This document shows, piece by piece, positions 1 through 52,402 of a stretch of DNA of 64,000 nt. Made by a program: the position numbers and the translations under genes. The stretch comes from Octopus bimaculoides (taxonomy: Eukaryota): positions 2,534,804 to 2,598,803 of the forward strand of contig NC_069003.1 in NCBI RefSeq assembly GCF_001194135.2, written 5' to 3'. Under the pieces are notes generated by a model. The model was not told the DNA's origin. It saw only the letters and a list, made by a program, of their open reading frames with translations, and made no database searches. Every line of letters begins with the position of its first letter. Position 1 is the first letter of the stretch.

Positions 1-1104
1 AAAGCGTGTTAGGGTGGAGGGAAGGAGGAAGGGTGGGGTGGATGTTAGGGAATGAGGGAGGGAGTTAGGGTGGTGGGAGGGAGTTACTGAGGAAGAATGA
101 AAGAAAGAAAGAAAGAAAGAAACGTAGGGAAGGCGAGATTGAATGAGGAAGGGAGTAAGTGTGTTAGGGAAAGCGGGAGGGGGTTAGGGTGAGAGATACT
201 ACTACCACCATCGTGTACCTTTAATTCGCCTCACCTTACACACATCTACGAAATCTCCAGCTTTAGAATTCTTCTGCTACCACTACTACTATTGCCATCG
301 CATATTTGATCTTCAGCTATCTTCGTCACGAACTTAAACATTGTAAAACGCCGTTGATATAACTGGTATGAAAAGTGCCAGGTACTGCAAAGAGCTGTGC
401 TTATCTAAAAACTGTGAGATGACAAGAGACGTTCCCGTCTCAACATAGAGATTTTGATGATTTCTTCTCTCTTTTTTTAGCACAAATTCCAGAGAATTTC
501 AAAGAAAAAAAAATTGGGGGTCGGGCAGGTGGGTACTTCATAAGGGGTTTTATTCTTGCTGTGACTATTTTTACAATTTCCATAATAAATATTTTGAACA
601 AAACTCAACATTTGTGCAATATTAATAATAATAAAATTATTTTCTAACAGTTCAGTCTTGTCATTTCTTTCGGGATTTGCGCTTAAAATAAAGAAAAAAT
701 AAAATAGCCAGAAAAACCCCCAAAATTACAAATAATATAACAAAAAAAAAAAACATTTGCGCGCGCGCGAGCACACACACACATATGTGAGGGTGTGGAC
801 CCGTATGTAATTTTTTGTTCTTGTTTCAGTCATTCCACTGCGGCCATGCTGGAGCACCGCCTTTAGTTGAACAGATCGACCCCAGGATATATTGATGCAA
901 GGCTCGTACTCATGCTATCGTTCTTATTACGGCAACCTAATAATTGTCACATATTATATTACAGAGAAATTCCTCAATTTACATAATATCCAAGTCCCAT
1001 TCATTCTTTTGTTATCTTGCCATTACTACTAATATATAATATATATATAACATATTATACATATATAGTAATTATATATATATAATATAAATATATATAT
1101 GTTT

Positions 1105-1136
<32 letters not shown>

Positions 1137-1297
1137 AACATATACATATATATAATATATATACACACATATACATATAGTCATGTGTCGATATACATAA
1201 ATATATATACATATATACCCACACATATATACCTGTATATATATACATACACACATGTATATATATATTTATGTATATACATATATATGCATACACA

Positions 1298-1329
<32 letters not shown>

Positions 1330-2880
1330 TACACACACACACACACTCACACACGTATATTCGAATAAATCAACTTAGCCGTTGGTCTGCATTGAAAGAA
1401 AGAAAGAAAAACAGTGAGGGAGGGAAAGAGTGAGAGAGGAATGAATGAAGGGAGGGAGGAAGGAAGAAAAAAAGAAAGAGAGAAAGGGAGGGAGGAAGGA
1501 AAGAAGGAAAAAAGAAAGAGAGAAATAAAGAAAGACATGTCCGATCGCACGTGCTAGTAAGGATAGGCATTGTGTCTCCCTTCATAAAACGGCTGAACTT
1601 TGAGCCGAACCAACATACCTGCAGTTCGACTCACCTCACACACATCTACGAAATCTCCAGCGTTAGAAGTCTTCCCTTCACACTGCTACCACGACTACTA
1701 CTATCGCCATCGTATATTTTATCTTCTGCTATCTTCTCTAGAAATACAAGATTTCTTTTGGAGTTTATAAAAGCGAAGTTAGACTTTAAAAAACCCCAAA
1801 TATGATGAAATTCCAGAGATCAGATGAAGAGATGGAGTGCGGTGAAGCGAAAGAAGTTGATTTCTTGAATCAGAACGAAGAACAAGGAAAAGTTGCAGGA
1901 GACAAGAATTTACTGAGTAACGNNNNNNNNNNNNNNNNNNNNNNNNNNNNNNNNNNNNNNNNNNNNNNNNNNNNNNNNNNNNNNNNNNNNNNNNNNNNNN
2001 NNNNNNNNNNNNNNNNNNNNNNNNNNNNNNNNNNNNNNNNNNNNNNNNNNNNNNNNNNNNNNNNNNNNNNNNNNNNNNNNNNNNNNNNNNNNNNNNNNNN
2101 NNNNNNNNNNNNNNNNNNNNNNNNNNNNNNNNNNNNNNNNNNNNNNNNNNNNNNNNNNNNNNNNNNNNNNNNNNNNNNNNNNNNNNNNNNNNNNNNNNNN
2201 NNNNNNNNNNNNNNNNNNNNNNNNNNNNNNNNNNNNNNNNNNNNNNNNNNNNNNNNNNNNNNNNNNNNNNNNNNNNNNNNNNNNNNNNNNNNNNNNNNNN
2301 NNNNNNNNNNNNNNNNNNNNNNNNNNNNNNNNNNNNNNNNNNNNNNNNNNNNNNNNNNNNNNNNNNNNNNNNNNNNNNNNNNNNNNNNNNNNNNNNNNNN
2401 NNNNNNNNNNNNNNNNNNNNNNNNNNNNNNNNNNNNNNNNNNNNNNNNNNNNNNNNNNNNNNNNNNNNNNNNNNNNNNNNNNNNNNNNNNNNNNNNNNNN
2501 NNNNNNNNNNNNNNNNNNNNNNNNNNNNNNNNNNNNNNNNNNNNNNNNNNNNNNNNNNNNNNNNNNNNNNNNNNNNNNNNNNNNNNNNNNNNNNNNNNNN
2601 NNNNNNNNNNNNNNNNNNNNNNNNNNNNNNNNNNNNNNNNNNNNNNNNNNNNNNNNNNNNNNNNNNNNNNNNNNNNNNNNNNNNNNNNNNNNNNNNNNNN
2701 NNNNNNNNNNNNNNNNNNNNNNNNNNNNNNNNNNNNNNNNNNNNNNNNNNNNNNNNNNNNNNNNNNNNNNNNNNNNNNNNNNNNNNNNNNNNNNNNNNNN
2801 NNNNNNNNNNNNNNNNNNNNNNNNNNNNNNNNNNNNNNNNNNNNNNNNNAGAATTACAAATAAGATTTTAAAAAAACATT

Positions 2881-2921
<41 letters not shown>

Positions 2922-3543
2922 CTGAGGGTGTGGACCCGAATGTAATCTTTTTTTCTTGTTTCAGTCATTCCACTGCGGCCATGCTGTAGCACCGCCTTTA
3001 GTTGAACAAATCGACCCCAGGATGTATTTTTGCAAGGCTGGTACTTATACTTTCGTTTTCTTTTTCCCGTACCGCTGGAGTATGCGAACGTGAACACGCC
3101 AACAACGGTTGCCAGGCAATGGTGGTGGTGGACAAACACGCACACAGAACTACTATAGGAGGCTATAGTAGGTGACACTTGCCCAGTGGGTCTGAACCCA
3201 GAAACATGTGGTTGGTACGGACCGCTAAGTTACGAGGACGTAAACACACCCGCATCGGATGTCAATCGTCGTTGTGGGAGGTGGGGCCAAACACAGACAC
3301 ACGCACACACACACACACACATACATATATATATACGACAGGCTTCTTTCAGGTTCCGTCTACCAAATTCACTCACAAGGCTTTGGTCGGCCCGAGGCTA
3401 TAGTAGATGACACTTGCCCACAGTGCCACGCAGTAGGACTGAACCCGGAACCATGTGGTTGCTAAGCAAGCTATTTGCCGCACAGCCAATCCTGCGCCTA
3501 TAAACACAGCCACTCTTATACACATGTATATATATATATGTAG

Positions 3544-3587
<44 letters not shown>

Positions 3588-4019
3588 NNNNNNNNNNNNN
3601 NNNNNNNNNNNNNNNNNNNNNNNNNNNNNNNNNNNNNNNNNNNNNNNNNNNNNNNNNNNNNNNNNNNNNNNNNNNNNNNNNNNNNNNNNNNNNNNNNNNN
3701 NNNNNNNNNNNNNNNNNNNNNNNNNNNNNNNNNNNNNNNNNNNNNNNNNNNNNNNNNNNNNNNNNNNNNNNNNNNNNNNNNNNNNNNNNNNNNNNNNNNN
3801 NNNNNNNNNNNNNNNNNNNNNNNNNNNNNNNNNNNNNNNNNNNNNAGCTGTATAAACAATCAGGGGTATTAGTATATATATATATATATATATATATATA
3901 CTAATATTTATAAATCATGTGACATATTAATAAAATCTGTAAGTGTACAACCATCCAGATATCTAAGTACCTTATTATTATTTTTAATATATAATTCCTG
4001 TACATCACCTCCAAACACT

Positions 4020-4060
<41 letters not shown>

Positions 4061-4070
4061 CATATAATAG

Positions 4071-4644
4071 ATCTAGTCACATGAGCTTCTGCTAATTTAA
4101 TTCACGTGGTAGCGTTAAGTCGAGAAAATCGGTCGTTGGTGGTGGGAGCTCAAATCATAAACTGTTGTCAACTGACCGCTGTTTAAACTTCACATTCAGC
4201 AAACACGTACACACACACACACACACACATACACATACATGGCACAACTTTTCTAGCCCTTCATTTATTTAGGTGCCCCAGGTCAAATTCTTAACCTCGG
4301 CGTTAAAAGTCACTATTTTGCCGACGAACGACTGCTGACATCTGAGGGAAGAGGTCATCGAACGATAGTTGAAAGCAGTCATCCATACAAGAACCCCTGA
4401 AGCTTTTGGCCGAATTAATGTCAGCTGCACAATCAGCTTGGCAGAGGCGCACAAAGGACCAGCTACGTCATAAAATGTCCCTCGACATGAAATATATATA
4501 TACAATGTGTTTGCTGAATGTAAAGATTAATCAGCGACAAGTTGACAGCGTTTTATGCTTTCAGTTATTGCCACCAGCAAGTGATTTTCTCGAGTTAGCA
4601 CTACCACGTGAATTAACTGAGCAGAGAAGCTCTTGTGGCTAGAT
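4071..4644. mobile_element. About 575-bp element with about 140-bp imperfect terminal inverted repeats
   Basis: 4071-4210 is the reverse complement of 4503-4644 (TTAATTCACGTGGTAG, TCGAGAAAATC, CATTCAGCAAACAC blocks). Confidence 0.72.
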
Positions 4645-5085
4645 ACATTATGAAGGGGTCCCAGCTGAGGAAAATACTCATGCGTAGACACACTGACTCT
4701 GTTTATGGAATATCATTAATTTGTCCTGCGCCAACAGACTGGCTACAAGTGTCTCCGTAGACAGGTCTACAAAATCTTTTATCCGGATCCTAAAACAGGA
4801 TGTTCCTAGGAAAGCGTCGGATAGACTGCTTTGCGATTTTGGTTCCCACCCTCCGTGTTCTGAGTTCGAATCTCACAAAGGTCAATTTTGTTTTTCATTC
4901 TTCCAGGATTCCCAAAAAAAAAAAAGAAAAGAACAGAAAAAGAAAGAATCCGTTTGAAGCGGTGGGTTGGCGCGGGAATGTAAGGACGTCGGACTGAATA
5001 CTTCACGGTATGTGTTCTGAGTTCGAATCCCAGCTATGGCCATCTTCTATAATAATCTTAACTGGTCGCCTGTTTGCCTCCGCCG

Positions 5086-5260
5086 CACTGGCGTAGCTTA
5101 GCTGGGTGGGTTGGTGGATGGGGGTGACGGTCCACTCCGGGTGGCACCTTTAAAGGGGCACCACTTTTGGGTCTGCTGTAGGCAATATGTGTTTTTTGTG
5201 TAGTCCGGAAGCGGCAAACGGAAGGGCCGCCCCTGGCGGAACACTCTAGCTACGGTAGTG
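5086..5260. mobile_element. hAT-like MITE
   Basis: TIRs CACTGGCGTAGCT / AGCTACGGTAGTG; 8-bp TSD CTCCGCCG / CTCCGCCA. Confidence 0.75.
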
Positions 5261-7458
5261 CTCCGCCACCGCAACAACAACAACAACAGCAGCAGCAGTA
5301 GTAGTTAGGTTTGCTTCTCTGAAACAGGTCCTCTCAAGAAAGTTGTATGGCAAACCTATACAAATGAATGGTGAAAAGCAAAATAGGAATCATTTTGATA
5401 GAACCATCTATGTAACTAGCTTTTAAACATGGAATGGCTAATGTGGGGTCGACCAGAATAAAATAGTAATCAAAAGGGTCCATACACTAAAAAGGATCAG
5501 TTTTCAACATTGCCCATTCTCTTTTAAGTATAGTGAAAAAAAAAAAAAAACTCAAATGGGACGTAACTATGATAATCTACATCTTTGTTGCCTCCCTTGA
5601 AAATTACGCAATTGAATGTAATATCACACAAGATAAAAGAATTTTGTCCAGACTTTTAAATCTACTTTTCACCTTTTACTTGTCATTAGATTGCGGTCAT
5701 ACTGGGCCACTACATTGAAGAATTTCAGTCAAACGGATCGAATCCAGTATTCATTATTTTCTTTTAAGCCTGGTACTTATTCTTTTGGTCTATTTCGCCG
5801 AAATGCTAAGTTACGGCACTGGCATCGGTCACGCTAAAATGGTGATTTTTACGTGCCAGTCAGGCGGCACTGGCATCAGTCACGACTGAGTTAAAAATTT
5901 TCTAGAGTAACCTGAGTTCTGTTGAGGTGTGGCTGTGTGGTAAGAAGCTTGCTTCTCAACCACAAGCTTCGAGGTTCAGTCTCACTCCATGGCACCCTGG
6001 GCAAGTGTCTTCGACTATAGCCTCAGGCTGACCAAAGCTTGTGAGTGGATTTGGTGGAAGGAAACTGAAAGAAGCCCATAGTATATATGGGCGTGGTGGC
6101 TTTGTCACCCACTCAACGCTTGACAATCGGCGTTCATGTCCCTCAGCGGTTCGGTAAACGACACCGATAAAGTAAGTGCCAGCCTTTTAAAATGAAACAA
6201 GTACTGGAGGAGGGGGGGGGGTCTATCCATTAGACTACAAATCCCTCAAGGATGGATGGCCATGAATGGAACGGTTTACTTTCCTTCATAATTCTGCAGG
6301 ATCAGGAACCAACCTATGACTTTACAGTAATCCCTCGACTATCACAGGTGTTACATTCCAAAACCCCCAACGACATGAAAATCTGCGAAGTAGAAACAGT
6401 ACTGTACTGTATTTTTTTTATTATTATTTTTATAATTAGTGTATATTTATTTTATTATAAATGCAAAACAACACCACGGTGGAATCGATGTAAGCTTAAA
6501 TAATAAACCACAATATGGCAATGGATTAATGCATAGCAACAACAACAACAGCAGTGATTTCACAATTAAATTTATTATTATTATTTTTTTTTTTTGTCTT
6601 TTCCTGGGTAAATAAAGTTGTTTGAGTGTCCTTGGCATATTTCTATCCAGAAATATTCTGCTGGTTGAATGCCTAAGACTGTGTCTTTGGATTCCATATT
6701 AACAGCCTGGTTCTTGGCAATATAACGCTTTGTTCCATTGACCCATATTTGGGGTCTTCGCAAAAGAAGAAGAGGAGGAGGAGGAGAAGCAGTAACAGAT
6801 TTCAATATGTCACACCTGAGCAGGTGAGACTAACAGAACGAAGGTGTGTGTGTTGGGGGGTGGGGGTGGAATAAAGTGTATGGGGTAAATGGTGAGGAAA
6901 AAGAAAGGGGTAGTGTTTGAGGGTGACGTGGCATATTTGCCCTGGGCTGTGGTGGATAGGTACTGTGTGTAGGGTTGTGTATGTTGGTGTGTATGTATGT
7001 GTAATATAGGGTGTGTGTGTGTGTGTGTGTGCGTGTAAGTGGTGAGGTGGAGCAGATGGGGGAACGGGAACAGATCGACAAAACATTAGTGTCCAGAAAT
7101 ATATTAATGATTTTTATACATATTCAACAAGAGTAAATAAATAAATAAGACAAAACAAAACAAACAGCAAAGCAACACGTGTGAGTGTGTGTGTGTGTGT
7201 GAGAGTCTGTGTGTGCATGTGTGTAAGTTTGTATGGCAGCATGTATGTGTCTGGACATATGTTTATGTATGTATGTACGTTCTCATATCACTATATATAT
7301 GTTGGTCTACTGATATAGGGAAAGGTCATGCATGACAAGAGACAAGACTTTCAGATAAAACACATGTTCATGTATACATAGACGTGTATGCATATACAAA
7401 CATACATACATACATATATATATATAGACACACATGTGTATGTATGTATATAGATACA

Positions 7459-7494
<36 letters not shown>

Positions 7495-7582
7495 CAGATA
7501 CACAAATAGATATATATGTATGTATATATTCATATGTATGTATGTATATATATAAACACAGGTATGTGTGTGTATATATATA

Positions 7583-7619
<37 letters not shown>

Positions 7620-8713
7620 TAGATACATACATATAGATATATACATACATACGCACACATACATACATGCACATACACATATATCTAAAGCAAGCGAGAC
7701 AAGTATGTATTTGCTCAGTTTGCCATCGACATTAAGGTGGTTGTCTTTGTTTTCTGTTGTTCCATTCCCTTCAGCCACCCTCAAATGTCCTGGCTGTTTA
7801 AAATCCAGAAGAAATCAGCTTCTGCCATTGAAGACAATAAATAGAAACTCGGATTCGAAAAGTGGAGGCCGTTTCCTGAAATATCAAAATGTAATTATGT
7901 AAATATTTTGATTACAAATACATAATAAAAGTAATAATGATTAAATTAATAAGAATATTCCTCGTAATTCCTTACACTGTCAAATAATAATGATGATGAT
8001 GATGATGATGATTTCAAAATTTTGGCACAAGGCCAGGCAATTTTAGGGGAGGGGGTCAGTTGGTTACATCAACCACAGCAGATGTAACCAAATTGTATTT
8101 ATTTCATCAACCCCAAAAGGATGAAAGCAAAGTCGTCCCTGCAGAATTTGAACTCAGAACAGAAAACCAGAAGATAATAATAATAATAATAATAAAAATA
8201 ATAATAATGATAATAATATTTTGTTTGTTTGTTTGTTAGTTTGTTTTTGTGTTAAGAGGCGGAGGAGAAAGTAGAGTTATGTACCTTGCTCAAGGTGAAA
8301 GAGAAGAGAGCCGTAGAAGAGAACTGTAAAAGTCGTTAACTGTTAGCAGAATCTCAAATGAATTCTGTTATTCTGTGATTTGTTCCAGTCGACTGCGGCC
8401 ATGCTGGAGCACTGCCTCAAAGGGGTTTCAGTCAAAGAAATCGAGTCGACGACTTATTCTTTGTAAGCCTAGTACTTATTCTATCAGTCCCATTTGTTGA
8501 ACAGCTAAGTTAAGGGGACGTAAACACACCAATATCAGTTGTCAAGCGATGATTTACATGAACGTATATACAAAGCATAATATGCATCTGTATGCATGAG
8601 CCTATGCGTCTATGGATGCCATAGACATCTACTTACCATAATTTAAGAGGATATCCCACCACCACACACACATACCCTCCATGTGCGTGTGGGGTGGGTG
8701 AGTGGAGGAATAA

Positions 8714-47658
<38,945 letters not shown>

Positions 47659-47900
47659 TTCCATTTTGGTCTCACTCAGAACGAGGCTGGTCTGCATGTG
47701 CGCGCTCGCTTTCTTTTTTTCTTTTTGTTTTTTAATTCCTCTCTCTCTCTCTCTGTAATTACTCCAGCTTCTCCTCTTGTTCTTCTTCCCTCTCCTTCGA
47801 TCCGCTCTACGTTTGTGTCTGTGCGCGTGCGTAAACGTGTGGATGTGTGTGTGTGGTTACGTACAGGCACTATATATACGCTCATATGCTGAGACACACA
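47659..47900 (-). promoter_or_regulatory. Probable DCTN6 5' UTR / core promoter
   Basis: Directly upstream of the start codon and locally CpG-rich. YY1-like CCGCCATTT and CCATTTT motifs overlap the ATGs; an NRF1-like TGCATGTGCGCGC sits at about 47693-47705. The TSS cannot be placed. Confidence 0.55.
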
Positions 47901-48254
47901 AACATACACACACACATATACGCAAGCACACTACGGACCCTCCTATACATACACTCATAAACTGAGACACACACACACACACCAGTGATATTACACAAAC
48001 ACTTAAAGAGTGAGATCACACACGCACTGCACAGATTTCCACTCACATACACTTTCTTATATCCTTATACACACACAAGACACATTTACACACAGAAGAC
48101 ATATGTTTATACACACACACACACAACACACATTTACATTTACAAGACACATACTCAGAATTTACCACACACACATCCTCACACGCCCACATCACACACA
48201 TACAGAGACAGACTCTTGCAAAATGATGGTGCAAGCTTCAGTGCAATGGACCGA

Positions 48255-48620
48255 CATGCTAGAAACAGCAGTCAAATCCCCCCCCCCCCCTCAGATAACA
48301 CACTCTTGTGTGATGAAAAAGGAGGGTTACATTTGATAATGTAGTCCTAGATATACTATGCGTGAATTAAAAAAAAAAAAAGATAGGAGTGTCATGGCTG
48401 GAACGTCTTTGAACTGTGATCTGCTGCAATAAAAATTCTTCTAAGTGGTCACTTTACATGCTAGAAACACAACCAACTCGTACAATAGTCTTAAGAAAGC
48501 GAAGGATACTCTGAATTATGTATTCTTAGATATACCATGGTTGAAAGAGCAGCATGGTCAACAGCTGGCATGTGTTTGATCGTAGGTTTGCTCAACCTGG
48601 TCTGCCCCTGGGCTAAACAA
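48255..48620 (+). mobile_element. Repeat family D (GCTAGAAATAGCAGC ... GGGCTAAACAACAAC), two adjacent degraded copies
   Basis: The same motifs recur at about 10905, 11230, 17330, 29520(-), 30270(-), 38135, 38470, 40390, 61490(-), 62630; SINE-like. Confidence 0.65.
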
Positions 48621-49039
48621 GGTCAGTTCCTTTCTGTCAAGTCAACAATGGCTATATGACTCCTGGAGGTTCCAAATAACCCCTGAGGGCTCCATAAGAC
48701 TCCTGGGGGTTCCACATAAGCAAAGTAGTAAATTGGGGATCCACAGCAGACATTAGTATTTTTAGGGTCCAGGAAAAAATTTTGTACAAGTTGTATTCTT
48801 CCTTTTTTTTTTTTTGGACTACACCTTTTCTGTTTTAAAACCCTTAAAATTTATTTTTGAGTGGGTTTTAAGGGTTGAAACAGATTAATTATATTTTAGT
48901 TAATTTCAATGAGGAAAATTGATTTGTAAAACGAGTTAATTGTAAAGACAAGCTCTCTCATGGAATGAATTAAACTCATACTGCAAGGTTATTACTGTAT
49001 AATTAGGAATTATATAACAAAAAGAAAAAAAGCATGAAA

Positions 49040-49191
49040 ATCTGTGTGGTAAGTAGCTTGCTTATCAACCACATGGCTCCAGGTTCAGTCCCACTGCGTA
49101 GCACCTCGGGCAAGTGTTATTTACTATAGCCTCAGGCCGACCAAAGCCTTGTCAGTGGATTTGGTAGATGGAAACTGAAAGAAGCCCGTTG

Positions 49192-49248
<57 letters not shown>

Positions 49249-49445
49249 TTGTGTGTCTGTGTTTGTCCCTCTAACTTCGCTTGACAACCGATACTGGTGT
49301 GCTTACGTCCCCGTTACTTAGCGGTTCAGCAAAAGAGACCGATAGAATAAGTACTTGGTTTACAAAGAATAAGTCCTGGGGTTGATTTGCTCGACTGAAG
49401 GCAGTGCTCCAGCATGGCCGCAGTCAAATGACTGATTCAAGTAAA
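49040..49445 (+). mobile_element. SINE family A copy
   Basis: Close to consensus. Confidence 0.88.
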
Positions 49446-49504
49446 AGTAAAAGTAAAAGTATATTGAAGAAGTATAACTGACTCATTCTTCTGTTCTTTG
49501 ACTC

Positions 49505-49860
49505 TTTTACTTGTTTCTGTCATTTGACTGTGGTCATGCTGGGGCACTGCCTTTAGTCAAACAAACTGACCCCAGGACCTCTAGGTTTCAGGGTTGTAAA
49601 CACACCAGCATCAGTTGTCAAGCAATGGTGGGGCGACAAGCACAGACACACAAATACAATATGACCATCCCCAAGTACAACAACATATATATATATACGA
49701 CAGGTTTCATTCAGTTTCCGTCTACCAAATCCTCTCACAAGGCTTTGGTCAGCCCGAGGCTATAGTAGAAGACACTTGCCCAAGGTCTCACGCAGTGGGA
49801 CTGAACCCGGGACCATGTGGTTGTGTGGTTGGGAAGCAAGCATCTTACCACACAGCCATT
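49505..49860 (-). mobile_element. SINE family A copy, inverted relative to 49040-49445
   Basis: Reverse complement of the consensus. Confidence 0.85.
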
Positions 49861-51198
49861 CCTTCGCTGTTAAATTTTTAACTACAATATCTTACATGGG
49901 CCCCCAGAGTTATCCGGACCCTGGTTGAGAACCTCTGATCTAAACATAGGTTCCTCCGTAACCACCAAACCACTGAACATAATACTCTATTAAAGGCCTT
50001 CTCCAAGTTGTAGTCAGAGGGGCGTCGATATGGCCCCATACTCTCTCAAATCCCTCTCTGCATCTCATCTAAGCAGTCGATTGAATATTTTGGTAAAATA
50101 TTCTTTCCAAGTATATCAGAATAAAACAAAGAGTTCATAATGATGGTAGCAAGTGATGGTGGTGGTGGTGGTGGTGGTGGTGGTGTGTGATGGGCCTAGG
50201 TAGATGTTTACCATAATGGATGTTGAATATGTTTAATTAACCAAAAATATATATTAATTGGTGGCTATTGTACCACACTAATGAAAAATGATTCAATCAG
50301 TCACTCTTACATAACACCTATATGACACATACACAAGCACACACACACACTCATTGACACATACCTACGCACACTCACATACACACACACACACATGTAT
50401 ATGTTTTATATTTTATTTTACTGTGGTTTCAGTCCAAACACTGTGGTCATGCTGGGGCACTGCACTGAAGAATATTTTTTCAAATGGATCCACCCCATGC
50501 TTATTATTTTTTTAAGTCTGTTACTTATTCTATCAATCTCTTTTATTGCACCACTAAGTTACGGGGGATAATAAACACACCTATACCAGCTGTCAAGTGG
50601 GGGTCAAGGAACAAACACAGTTTGAGTGTGTGTGTGTCTGTGTGTCTGTGTGTGTGTGTGTGTGTCTGTGTGTGTGAGAGAGAGAGAAAGAATGTGTGTG
50701 AGTGTGTGTGTGTCTGTGCATGTTTGTGTTAGTGCGTGAGTGTATGTGTGTGTATGTGTCTACGTGTGTTTGTGTGTGTACGCGTGTGAATGCGCACGAG
50801 AGTTTCCATCTCCCAGTTTCCATCTACCAAATCCACTCACATGGCTTTGGTCGACCCAGGGCTATTGTGGAAGACACTTGCCCAAGGTGGCACGCAGTGG
50901 GACTGAACCTGGAACCATGTGGTTGAGAAGGAAACTTCCTCCTATGACTGTACCAAGTGAAATCATAGACATAACCATTTCCAGTGTCATGTAAAATGCA
51001 CCTGTGCCACTGGCACATATGAAGCACCTGTTACCCTCAAGAAACCAGTGAGGGTCGGTGACAGGAAAACCTCCCAGCCATATGGAAGATTATCTACCTC
51101 AACAAATTCTAGCGGACCCGTGCAAGCATGGAAAAGCAGACTGTATTTCTGCTTCTCCACATGTCATCAGCAGCCTCAAGTCTCCAGCCTGAACTACT

Positions 51199-51266
<68 letters not shown>

Positions 51267-51650
51267 TTCATGAGCACGCAAACATATTCATTTCCTTGTT
51301 TCATATGACAGGTTAAGTGCACTTGACAATTTGTCATAATTAGCGTTTGGCCTTCGCTGGGCGAAACGCTTTGTGGAATTTCTTCTGCTTCTCCATTCTG
51401 AGCTCAAGATCTGCTGAAGTTTGACCTCGCCTGTCCTCGTTCTGTGGCTGATAGGGTGTGGAGGTGGGGGTCAGTGTAATTCATTTCATCTCCTCTCACC
51501 TCTGAAATTACTGGCCTTGTGCTAAAATTTGAAACCACTGGTTGACGCTTAGGCTTGTAGACTTTGTGCTGTTTGGGTATTTCACATGCACTTTGACAAT
51601 TCAGATGGTATCATATAGATTTGATTGAAAATCAAACGCCTCTGGTGAAT

Positions 51651-51695
<45 letters not shown>

Positions 51696-52371
51696 ATGCA
51701 TGCATGTATGTATGTATGTATGTATGTATGTATGTATATAGTAGTTGGTTAAGTCGATTGATTGGCAGACAGACAGACACATAAATATACTGAGAGATAG
51801 ATAGATAGATAGGTAGATAGATACATATATACATACACACATACGTACATGCATGCATGCATGCATACGTACGTACATACACACATACATACATAATACA
51901 TACACACACACACAAACATACACGCACAAACATACATACATAATGTATACACACATGCATACACACACATACATACATACATACACACATACATGCCTAG
52001 GCATACGGGCCAACCGACAGACGAATCGACATAGACTGTCAGATATAATGTCAACGTTTCTCTGTCTGTCTCTCTCTTTCTCACACACACACACACACAC
52101 ACACGCGCGCACATACACACACGCACACAACCAAATATGATACGGATGGTTTTATTTCACCATCACCAGCTTGGCAACGTGGTTTATTCACTTCACTGAT
52201 CTAAACACTTCACACACACACACACACACATAAACACACACACACACACATACACACACACATACACTCTCGTGCGCATTCACACGCGTACACACACAAA
52301 CACACGTAGACACATACACTCACGCACTAACACAAACATGCACAGACACACACACACTCACACACATTCTT

Positions 52372-52402
<31 letters not shown>

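Noticed and set aside
1802-1922. ORF MMKFQRSDEEMECGE… running into an N gap
   Set aside because: Only 40 real codons, inside the local duplication, no recognisable homology
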